Shown here in pieces: positions 56,730 to 64,000 of a stretch of DNA of 64,000 bases. The stretch spans positions 7,765 through 71,764 of the forward strand of contig CAWBBG010000009.1 of NCBI GenBank assembly GCA_963787025.1, given 5' to 3'. Source of the DNA: an uncultured Chloroflexia bacterium. GTDB lineage: Bacteria; Chloroflexota; Limnocylindria; QHBO01. The position numbers and the translations under genes were made by a program. Numbering within the stretch: the first letter of the stretch is position 1; each line of letters begins with the position of its first letter. The notes below the pieces were generated by a model that was not told the origin of the DNA, ran no database searches, and saw only the letters and a program-made list of their open reading frames with translations.

Positions 56730-57695
56730 ATGCGCACGATGCGGGCACGGCTTCCCGGCGTCAGCCTGCCATTCTGGGCGGCCATCTTCACCATAGCTGC
56801 CATCGGCGGCCTCGCCGTCGCGCCGATGGTCTTTGCCGCAGGTCCCGCGGCGCCGGGCCTGGGAACGGCCGGATCGTTCGCGGTCCTCGCCGGCGCGGGG
56901 ATCACCAACACGGGCGCGACGACGATCAACGGCGACGTCGGCACGTTCCCCACCACCACGGAGACCGGGTTCGGCTCGGTCACCCTGAGCGGGACCGATC
57001 ACGCCGGTGACGCGGTCACCCAGGGAGCCAAGACCGATCTGACGACCGCCTACAACACCGCGGCGGGCAGCGGGCCGACCATCCCGGTTGTCGCCGACCT
57101 CGGCGGCCAGACCCTTGTCCCGGGTGTCTACAACTCCGCGTCCACGCTCGGACTCACGGGCATCTTGACGCTCTCCGGTACGTCGAGCGATGTCTGGATC
57201 TTCCAGGCCGGCTCATCGCTGACCACCGCCAGCGGAAGCAGCGTGGTCCTTACCGGCGGCGCCACATCCTGCAATGTCTTCTGGCAGATCGGCAGCAGCG
57301 CGACGATCGGGACGGGCTCCGCGTTCAAGGGCACGATCATGGCCCTGACCTCGATCACCGTGACGACCGGAGCGAGCATCGAGGGCCGAGCACTGGCACG
57401 CAACGGTACGGTGACGCTGGACACCAACGCCATCGACGCGTCGGCGTGCGCGGCCGCAGCCGCATCGGCCACCCCGGTGGCCAGCTCGACAGCCAGCGCG
57501 TCGGCCACCCCGGTGGCTGCTTCGGTGGCCAGCGCCGCGCCGTCCGCCGCTGCCAGCAGCATTCCGAACACCGCCTACCTCTCCGATGAGGGCGTGGCGT
57601 CATGGCCCCTCTTCCTGTTCATGGTCGCGCTGGTGGGCGTGTTCGTGGTCGTCACCGTGCGGGTGACCCTGGCGGCCGAACGAAAGGAGTCCTGA
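56730..57695 (+). CDS. Ice-binding-family (DUF3494) secreted protein with C-terminal anchor
   Basis: LGTAGSFAVLAGAGITNTG.T.INGD, DLGGQTL.PGVY, WIFQ.GS.LTTA, NVFWQ.GSSAT.GT.S.F.G.I.A, GRALA.NG.VTLDTN. Confidence 0.93.
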   Translation: MRTMRARLPGVSLPFWAAIFTIAAIGGLAVAPMVFAAGPAAPGLGTAGSFAVLAGAGITNTGATTINGDVGTFPTTTETGFGSVTLSGTDHAGDAVTQGAKTDLTTAYNTAAGSGPTIPVVADLGGQTLVPGVYNSASTLGLTGILTLSGTSSDVWIFQAGSSLTTASGSSVVLTGGATSCNVFWQIGSSATIGTGSAFKGTIMALTSITVTTGASIEGRALARNGTVTLDTNAIDASACAAAAASATPVASSTASASATPVAASVASAAPSAAASSIPNTAYLSDEGVASWPLFLFMVALVGVFVVVTVRVTLAAERKES

Positions 57696-57700
57696 TTCAG

Positions 57701-57976
57701 ATGGGCTGGATCGCGTGGATCGTGGTGGGTGCCATCGCCGGCTTCCTCGCCAGCATCATCGTCGGCAGCCGGCAGGGCCTGCTGATGATGGTCGTGGTCG
57801 GCATCGTCGGTGGGCTGGTTGGTGGCTTGGTGGCCACCAACCTGCTGCACATCGGCACAGTCAATGGTTTCAACGTTGAAAGCATCCTGATCGCCACCCT
57901 GGGAGCCGCCGCGGTGCTGATGGTCATGCACCTGGCAACCCGTCCGCGGGGCCTGAACCGACTGTGGCGTCACTGA
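57701..57976 (+). CDS. GlsB/YeaQ/YmgE (transglycosylase-associated) family membrane protein
   Basis: MGWIAWIVVGAIAG.LA, VVGIVGG.VGG, SI..AT.GA. Confidence 0.9.
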   Translation: MGWIAWIVVGAIAGFLASIIVGSRQGLLMMVVVGIVGGLVGGLVATNLLHIGTVNGFNVESILIATLGAAAVLMVMHLATRPRGLNRLWRH

Positions 57977-58068
57977 GGGTCGACGGGCCGGCCATCGTCG
58001 TCGGCGCCACGGCCATGGGAAGGTAGCTGCCGACCCCATAGGGGCGGATTCTCTGAAGGGAGAACGCG

Positions 58069-58155
58069 ATGGGAAACCTGCTCTGGATCGTAATCGTCGT
58101 CCTTGTTGTGCTGTTTGTCCTCGGGTACTTCGGTCGCGGACGCCTGCGCCGCTGA
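58069..58155 (+). CDS. 28-aa membrane peptide MGNLLWIVIVVLVVLFVLGYFGRGRLRR (absent from the ORF track)
   Basis: AAGGGAG RBS, ATG at 58069, TGA at 58153-58155; TM helix followed by a basic tail. Confidence 0.8.
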   Translation: MGNLLWIVIVVLVVLFVLGYFGRGRLRR

Positions 58156-58267
58156 TTTCCTTGGAGGCGAGCGCGAGAAGCGGTACGAACCGCCGCCCGA
58201 CGCCACTTTCAACCGGGGGAGGATCCCGGCACCGCGCTGACCAACCCCCTTCGACGGAGGTCACGAA

Positions 58268-58645
58268 ATGACGAACCAGAACGAGCCGCGAAGCCAGGTG
58301 AACGTGAACGCCGGCGCGACGGCGTCCAGCTCGCCCGGTCCCCTCGCCTATGCTCGCCGAGTGGTGGCGCTGCTCTTCGGCATCCTGGTCATCCTGATCG
58401 GTCTGCGCTTCCTGCTGCTCGCCCTCGCCGCAAACAGCGGGAACGCGCTGGTCGACTTCATCTACAACGTCAGCGAGCCGTTCGTTGCCGTCTTTCGCGG
58501 AGTGTTCACCCTCGAGCACTTCTCTCCCGTTGGGCAGAGCGTGATCGACGTGGCCGCCCTGGTGGCCATCGTGGGTTATGCACTGCTGGCCGTGCTGATC
58601 ATCGCCGTCCTGCGGCTTGGCGACCGCGAGCGGACGGGCGCCTAG
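58268..58645 (+). CDS. YggT family membrane protein
   Basis: GGAGG RBS; LIGLRFLL..L.AN..N..V.FIY.VSEPFV..F.GVF, ID.AALVAIV.Y. Confidence 0.85.
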   Translation: MTNQNEPRSQVNVNAGATASSSPGPLAYARRVVALLFGILVILIGLRFLLLALAANSGNALVDFIYNVSEPFVAVFRGVFTLEHFSPVGQSVIDVAALVAIVGYALLAVLIIAVLRLGDRERTGA

Positions 58646-58891
58646 CCGGCCGGAGCAGCTTCAGCGCGCCGCGTCGCTCCTCGGGTGTCATACGCAGCTC
58701 GGGGTCGACCTCGCGCTCGAAGCGGAGGAGGGCCGCCTGGCGCCTCCAGGCGGCCCATTCCCGCGGGTCTTGGCGGGCGTGAACGCGGCGCCGATGCGAC
58801 CCTTCGATTGCGCACCCGTGGGAAGGCCTGACCCTCGGAACCCGTGCTAAGGTCAACGGCGCCTTCCGCGGAGGGTGTTGTCCGACCACGG

Positions 58892-58968
58892 GTCCCCGTA
58901 GCTCAGTGGACCAGAGCGGCTGCCTTCTAAGCAGCGGGTCGCAGGTTCGAATCCTGCCGGGGACGCCA
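58892..58968 (+). tRNA. tRNA-Arg (anticodon UCU)
   Basis: Acceptor GTCCCCG/CGGGGAC, D arm GCTC/GAGC, anticodon stem GCTGC/GCAGC with loop CTTCTAA, T arm GCAGG-TTCGAAT-CCTGC, encoded CCA. Confidence 0.97.
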
Positions 58969-59009
58969 CCTCCCCTGGTACCAAAGGCGATCGCCGCCCT
59001 GCCGACCCG

Positions 59010-60137
59010 CTAGTCGACGACGCGGGACTGCCTCCGCCGCCTGGGCTTCGTCAACGAGGCGGGCCCCGCCTTCGGCGATGCGGACGAGTCCGCCAGTCGG
59101 GAGCGTCGCCGCGCGGCTTCGGAGCTGTCGGCCGGCGCGGCATTCCTCGACCGCTCGACGGCCGGCGCCTCCGCTGTCCGGCCGCGTGCCCGGCGCCGCT
59201 TCTCCGGCGGCGGGAGAGCGCCCGCGGGGAGCAGCTGCAGCTGCTCGTGGGTCATGACGTGCGCGGAGGGGATCGCCTCCGACGCCAGCTCCAGGTGCGT
59301 CATCTGGTCGTCGAAGAAGATATGCGGTCGCAGGACGCGCAGCACATCGGCCTTCTCCAGGCCACCCAGGAAAAAGGTCTCGTCCACCCGCACCTTCCAG
59401 CTGCGCAGGGTGGTGATGACGCGCCGATGGGCCGGCGCCCCGCGTGCCGTGACGAGGGAGGTTCTAATGGGCGAGCCATCCTCCGGGAACCGGTCCTGGA
59501 TGCGACCCAGCGCCTCGAGGAAGGCGCGGAAGGGCCCGGCGTTCATCGGCTCTGCCGAGCGCAGACGCTCGTTCTCCTGGAAGGCCTCCAGCCCCTCCGC
59601 GCGGAAGATCCGCTCCGACTCCTCGCCGAAGAGCACGGCATCCCCATCGAAGGCGATCCGCACCGGGAACGGCTGCTCCTCGATCGACGTCCCCTCCGGA
59701 GGCGGGAGCAGGAGCGCCGCGGCAAATCCCTGCCGGAGCGCAGCCACCACGTCGTGTGGCTCCACGGAGAGGAAGAGGCTGCAGTGGAAGGGCGTGATGT
59801 ACCGCCAGGAGTCCCCGCCGTTGGTGAATGCCCCGCGCGAGATGTCCAGGCCGTAGTGGTCGATGGAGTTGAAGACGCGCATGGCCGACTCGGCGTCGTT
59901 GCGCGAGATCACGATGACCTCGACGAGCCGCTCCTTTGCGCGGTCATTGATGCCCAGCAGGCCGCGGACCAACGGGAAGGCTGCACCGGGGGCGAGCACC
60001 TCGTCCTCGTGCGCGCGCTGGTAGGCGCGGTAGGCGCGCAGCCCTTCCTGCTCGAAGACCGTGTTGGCCTCCGTCAGGTCGAAGAGCGCGCGGGACGAGA
60101 TGCCCACGACCAGCTTGTCATCGAGTGAGTAGCCCAG
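59010..60137 (-). CDS. 5'-nucleotidase (PF06189-type); probable CTG start at 60137
   Basis: LVVGISSRALFDL, SRND..S..RVFNSI.HYGL.I.R..FT.G, RIAFDGDAVLF, LVTAR.APAH.RV..TLR.W, PHIFFDDQ..H. Confidence 0.92.
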   Translation of the reverse strand: MGYSLDDKLVVGISSRALFDLTEANTVFEQEGLRAYRAYQRAHEDEVLAPGAAFPLVRGLLGINDRAKERLVEVIVISRNDAESAMRVFNSIDHYGLDISRGAFTNGGDSWRYITPFHCSLFLSVEPHDVVAALRQGFAAALLLPPPEGTSIEEQPFPVRIAFDGDAVLFGEESERIFRAEGLEAFQENERLRSAEPMNAGPFRAFLEALGRIQDRFPEDGSPIRTSLVTARGAPAHRRVITTLRSWKVRVDETFFLGGLEKADVLRVLRPHIFFDDQMTHLELASEAIPSAHVMTHEQLQLLPAGALPPPEKRRRARGRTAEAPAVERSRNAAPADSSEAARRRSRLADSSASPKAGPASLTKPRRRRQSRVVD

Positions 60138-60291
60138 GACCCTTCACCTCCAAGATCCCACGCCGACCAGTGAAGTCCGGATCGTGCGGCAGCGCCACCC
60201 CACCTTCGTACCGGGACGGTCGTGGCCGAGCGCCGGGCACCAGCATACGTCGCGGCTCAACCGTGCGCCCGACGAGCACCTGCGGACCCGA

Positions 60292-61539
60292 TCAGGCAAG
60301 GATCCGCCGGTCCGCCTCCGTGGCCAGCACGCCGCCTATCGCCAGCGAGGCGGTCGCGGCCGGCGACGGGGCATTCAGCACCCGCAGGACACGACGCGTG
60401 CCGCCCAGCCGGAAATCATCCACGAGCGATCCATCGGGATCGATCGCCTGGGCGCGGAGCCCGGTCGGGCCGGGCAGGAGGTGCTCGTCGCGCAGCTCCG
60501 GCACGAAGCGGCGCACCGCGGCGGCGAAGGCCGGCTTCCACAGGTCGCGCCACTGCTCGGCGGCGCCCACCCGCCAGAAGCGATACGCCAGCCGCCGAAA
60601 TCCCGGGTGACCCAGAACCCCCACCACGTGACGGAGATCGACATCGCGACGGCGGTAGCCGGCGCGAGACAGGGCAAGGACCGCGTTGGGGCCGGCCCAC
60701 ACCGCGCCGTCGATCCGTCGCGTGAGGTGGACGCCGAGGAACGGGAAGCGCGCGTCGGCGACCGGATAGATCAGGCCGCGGACCAGGGGTCGCGCGTCGT
60801 CGCGGAGCCGGTAGTAGGCGCCGCGGAACGGGACGATCTTCTCGGGGTCCCGGCTGCGCGCGGCCACGGCCACCACGTCCGCCCAGAGCCCGGCACAGGT
60901 GACGACGCCGTGGCAGGCGATGGTGGCCGATGTGGTGGCCACCACGACCTCGTCCGCCCGCTCGTCCACGCGCAGGACCTCCTGGCCCGTGAAGATGGCG
61001 CCCCCGGCGCTACGAACATCGTCGGCGAACGCCCCGGCGACCTCCCTATAGTCGACGATGCCGGTGGTTGGTGACCGGAGCGCCCGAAGCCCCACGGCAT
61101 GCGGCTCGTGCTCGCGGATGCCGGCTTCATCGAGGGTCTCCAGCCCCGGGACCCCGTTCGTCCGCGCCCGCCGCTCCAGCTCGGCGAGGGCCGCGAGCTC
61201 CCGACGCTCGACGGCGATCACGAGCTTGCCGACCTGCGCCAGCGCGATGCCCCGCTGGCTGCAGTAGGCCTCGAGCAGCCGCTTGCCCTCCACGCACAGC
61301 CGCGCCTTCGCGGACCCGGGCTGGTAGTAGAGCCCGGCATGCACGACTCCCGAGTTGCGCCCGGTCTGGTGCGTGGCCAGCGCCGGCTCGCGTTCCAGGA
61401 CGACGACCGATCGCTCCGGGTGGCGCAGGAGCAGCTCGCGGGCCGTGGCGAGACCCAGGATGCCGCCGCCCACGATGACCAGGTCGGCCCGTGACGGAGG
61501 GGCGGCCGATGCGGGGGGAGCGGATGCAGATGGTGCCAT
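60292..61539 (-). CDS. lhgO: L-2-hydroxyglutarate oxidase
   Basis: IVGGGILGLATA, HQTGRNSGVVHAG.YY.PGS.KA, PFRG.YY, YPV.D.RFPFLGVH.T, GLRAQA, NAPSPAATASL.IG. Confidence 0.93.
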   Translation of the reverse strand: MAPSASAPPASAAPPSRADLVIVGGGILGLATARELLLRHPERSVVVLEREPALATHQTGRNSGVVHAGLYYQPGSAKARLCVEGKRLLEAYCSQRGIALAQVGKLVIAVERRELAALAELERRARTNGVPGLETLDEAGIREHEPHAVGLRALRSPTTGIVDYREVAGAFADDVRSAGGAIFTGQEVLRVDERADEVVVATTSATIACHGVVTCAGLWADVVAVAARSRDPEKIVPFRGAYYRLRDDARPLVRGLIYPVADARFPFLGVHLTRRIDGAVWAGPNAVLALSRAGYRRRDVDLRHVVGVLGHPGFRRLAYRFWRVGAAEQWRDLWKPAFAAAVRRFVPELRDEHLLPGPTGLRAQAIDPDGSLVDDFRLGGTRRVLRVLNAPSPAATASLAIGGVLATEADRRILA

Positions 61540-61613
61540 GGGCCCAGGAGTATGCGCGCGACATCGGCATTCGGACTGCCCTGCGGCTCCGCCTCGGCTA
61601 GACTTTGGCGGCG

Positions 61614-61916
61614 ATGGCTGACAACGACCGCATCCTCACCCGGGTCCAGCTCCAACCGACCCAGATCGAGCTGGACAAGCAGCTCCTCCGCGACGAGGAC
61701 CTCCTCAACGAGGAGCATCTTCGGCGCATGGACCAGGTGCTCCTGCGCCGCAACCTGGACCACGCGCGGATGTTCAGCCGGAAGCTCTCACTGGAGCTCC
61801 AGAACTTCGTGCACCTGTACACGCCGGAGGCGAACGAGCTCCGACGGCGCATCGAGAAGTACATGGTGATGGAGCGCCTGATCGAGAAGGAGATGGCGCG
61901 CCGCCATAGCTACTGA
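61614..61916 (+). CDS. Helical hypothetical protein (100 aa)
   Basis: Strong GC3 bias with charged, non-shadow amino-acid composition; clean ATG-TGA. Confidence 0.8.
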   Translation: MADNDRILTRVQLQPTQIELDKQLLRDEDLLNEEHLRRMDQVLLRRNLDHARMFSRKLSLELQNFVHLYTPEANELRRRIEKYMVMERLIEKEMARRHSY

Positions 61917-61947
61917 GGCGGCCGCGGCCGCGCGCCGGGCGCCCGAC

Positions 61948-61988
61948 TGTGGATAGTCGGAGGCCGTTGCAGGCTGCGATGTGGATAA
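61948..61988 (-). promoter_or_regulatory. Two DnaA-box-type nonamers (CTATCCACA 61948-61956; perfect TTATCCACA 61980-61988, reverse strand)
   Basis: Forward text TGTGGATAG and TGTGGATAA. Confidence 0.65.
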
Positions 61989-62073
61989 CCCGCAACAGGC
62001 CGATTGGCCCTCCGGTCCCGGTTGCCGGGGAGCACGGGATCGGTGCGGGGGAGGGGGCGGCGCGGCCGCCCGG

Positions 62074-62391
62074 TCAGCTGCCCCGGGTGATTCCCGCCCC
62101 GAGCTCCAGGTGCTCCGGACCGCTCGCCAGGGTGGCCCGGACCCACCCTGCCAGGCGGGGCAACCCCGAAAGCCCGAACGTCACGCCGTGATCCGCGAGC
62201 TGCTCGTGGCCCCACCCGTTGAACTCACCCCGTGCGGCCACGGCGCACATCTCGTCGTACAGCTCCGGCCAGTTGGCCGCCCGTCGGTGGTGGCAGAAGC
62301 GAATGAACTCCTCGATCTCGGGAGGTGGCACATCACCGGCGTCAACTCGTGCCTGGTGGTCCCGATTGGCAGCCGTCGATCGCTCGGGCAT
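62074..62391 (-). CDS. Hypothetical protein (105 aa)
   Basis: GGAGG RBS; EIEEFIRFC..RR...WPELYDEMC.VA.RGEF.GW segment looks like a folded domain. Confidence 0.7.
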   Translation of the reverse strand: MPERSTAANRDHQARVDAGDVPPPEIEEFIRFCHHRRAANWPELYDEMCAVAARGEFNGWGHEQLADHGVTFGLSGLPRLAGWVRATLASGPEHLELGAGITRGS

Positions 62392-62485
62392 GTGGATCGC
62401 GCCTCCGCAGGATGAAGGGATGAGTGCCGAAGGATAGGCGTCGGCGGCGAATGGTACGAGCCGATTCCGGCATTCGGAAGGGGGT

Positions 62486-62570
62486 ATGTCCACCAACTTA
62501 TCCACATTCCTTTCCACAGTGCGGCGTCGGGTGGACAGATGAGCCGTGAGAACCCCTGGGCGGTGGACGA
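62486..62570. promoter_or_regulatory. DnaA-box cluster: perfect TTATCCACA at 62498-62506 plus degenerate copies
   Basis: ATGTCCACC 62486, CTTTCCACA 62510, reverse GGTGGACAG 62530 and GGTGGACGA 62562. Confidence 0.6.
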
Positions 62571-62627
62571 ACCACGGCGCGCGGGTCGCAGAGCGGGGTC
62601 CCGAGAGCTACGAGGCGACCTTCCGGA

Positions 62628-64000
62628 TCATCGCGGGACGCCCGCCTGGGCCGACGGCGTCGCCCGGCACACGGCGGCAACCGTCCTGAGCGCCGCATCG
62701 GCCGTGCGGAAGACCGGGATGCCCTCCGCCTCCAGCTCCGATGCAAGCGGGTCGTACCGCGCTCCGGCGTCGACCACCATCACCCACGGCTTCGTCGACT
62801 CGTGCCACACGTTTGCCAGCCGTCGAGCCACGGAGCCGGCCGACGCGACGTCCTCGCCCGGCACGACCCCGGCCGGCAGCGTCTGGAGCGCCGTCGTGAA
62901 CGGGACGATGCCGACCACGCCCACGTCGACGCCATCGTCCTCGAGGATGGCGCGGACCGCCGCCGAGAACGTGGCATCGTCCGCCATCGGCGTCAGGTCG
63001 AGCGGGTTGTGGACATCCACGACCCCGGTGAGCTGCGCGCCGGCCAGGATCCGGTGCAGGCGGGCATCGGTCTCCGGCTCGAAGGTGGCCATCCGCAGGC
63101 CGTCCAGGGCGTCGGCGATCGCCACGCTCTCGTAGCCGGCGTTGGTCACCGCGCCAATCCGCCGGCCGGCCGGACGTCGACGATGCAGGAAGGTGGAGGT
63201 CCGGGCCAGCTCATCGAACGCCTGGAGCGAGTCCGCCATGACGATGCCGGCCTGCTCCGCCAGCGCCCGGGTGACGACCGCGTCCCCGGCGATGGAGGCG
63301 GTGTGGCTGGCGGCGGCGCGAGCACCCGCGCGGGTCCGCCCGGCCTGGTAGAGGATCACGACCCGGCCGTCGTCGACGATCTCGCGGGCGAGACGCATGA
63401 ACCGGATCCCGTCGAGCGGCGCGAAGCCCTCGATATATACCGCGAACACGTCGATCTCGGGGTCGTCCTTGAGGTGCGCGAGGTAGTCGCTCGCGGTCAG
63501 GTCGAGCTGATTCCCCACGGTGATCGTGTACTTGGGATCGACGCCCTCGATCCGGCTGAGCCGGGCCAGGGCGAAGCCGCCGCTCTGGGCGATGATCGCC
63601 AACGGCGCGGCGCGGCCGGACGGCGCGGCGAGCTTCGTCTCGGGGATGAACATCGTGTCGTACCCGCCGGGGCGCGAGCGGATGCCCAGGCAGTTGCCGC
63701 CGTTGACCAGCGGCCCGCGGTCGGGCGTCCGGCGTGCCCCACCAGCGCCTGGCGGATGCGCCGGGCGAGCGGCTCGCTGCCGGGCGTCTCACCGATGCCG
63801 CCGGGGATGACGATGATCGACTCGGCCGCCTCGTGGGCGATCGCCGCGGTGATGACATCGGGCGCCTGGTCGGCCGAGACGGCGACCACCAGCAGGTCGA
63901 CCTTCTCTGGCAGGGAGCCGATATCGGGCACGCAGGCACAGCCGTCGATCGCGTCCGTACCGGGCTTGATGACGGTGATCCGGGCGGGCTCGATCCCGTC
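62628..64000 (-). CDS. Acetate--CoA ligase (ADP-forming) family protein, 5'-truncated by the window edge, frameshift near 63730
   Basis: LPEKVDLLVVAV, GGIGE, VNGGNCLGI, IIAQSGGF, TVGNQLDL, YIEGF, AAASHTAS, VTNAG, HNPLDLT. Confidence 0.88.

Noticed and set aside
52011-58890. Discrete genomic island (ars module, fgd, DUF3494)
   Set aside because: Accessory-looking content, but no mobility genes or boundary repeats, and it lies 5' of the tRNA rather than at its 3' end
58892-59010. Integrative element at tRNA-Arg(UCU)
   Set aside because: No integrase, and I found no duplicate of the tRNA 3' end in the window

Overview
High-GC bacterial chromosomal segment (about 70% GC by eye), densely coding, with no CRISPR array, transposase or phage module that I can support. 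The gene content includes F420-type LLM enzymes and Fgd, GT-C-like membrane proteins, DUF3352, a BldC-like HTH and an MshC-like ligase. This suggests a soil or freshwater Chloroflexota- or Actinomycetota-like organism (inference only). At least nine otherwise intact genes carry single-base frameshifts, which points to long-read indel errors. Two long ORFs in the supplied track (28822..30765 and 40819..42957) are probably artefactual fusions. Most other ORFs in the track are antisense or off-frame shadows. Main leads: (1) an operon of a cytochrome-b/ferric-reductase-like protein, two coiled-coil exported proteins and ApbE, in which one small protein ends in a canonical TGAS flavinylation motif; (2) a GT2 glycosyltransferase with an N-terminal CysRS anticodon-binding-like domain, about 9 kb from a short MshC-like Cys ligase that lacks that domain; (3) a fused E1 alpha-beta ThDP enzyme coupled to a FabD-like acyltransferase with non-malonyl active-site residues and no E2/E3 nearby; (4) a glutamate dehydrogenase homologue with both key lysines replaced; (5) a DnaA-box cluster with no dnaA/dnaN in view; (6) a DUF3494 ice-binding-type protein with a sortase-like tail. 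There is also one tRNA-Arg(UCU), two small membrane proteins missed by the ORF track, and several intergenic repeat arrays.
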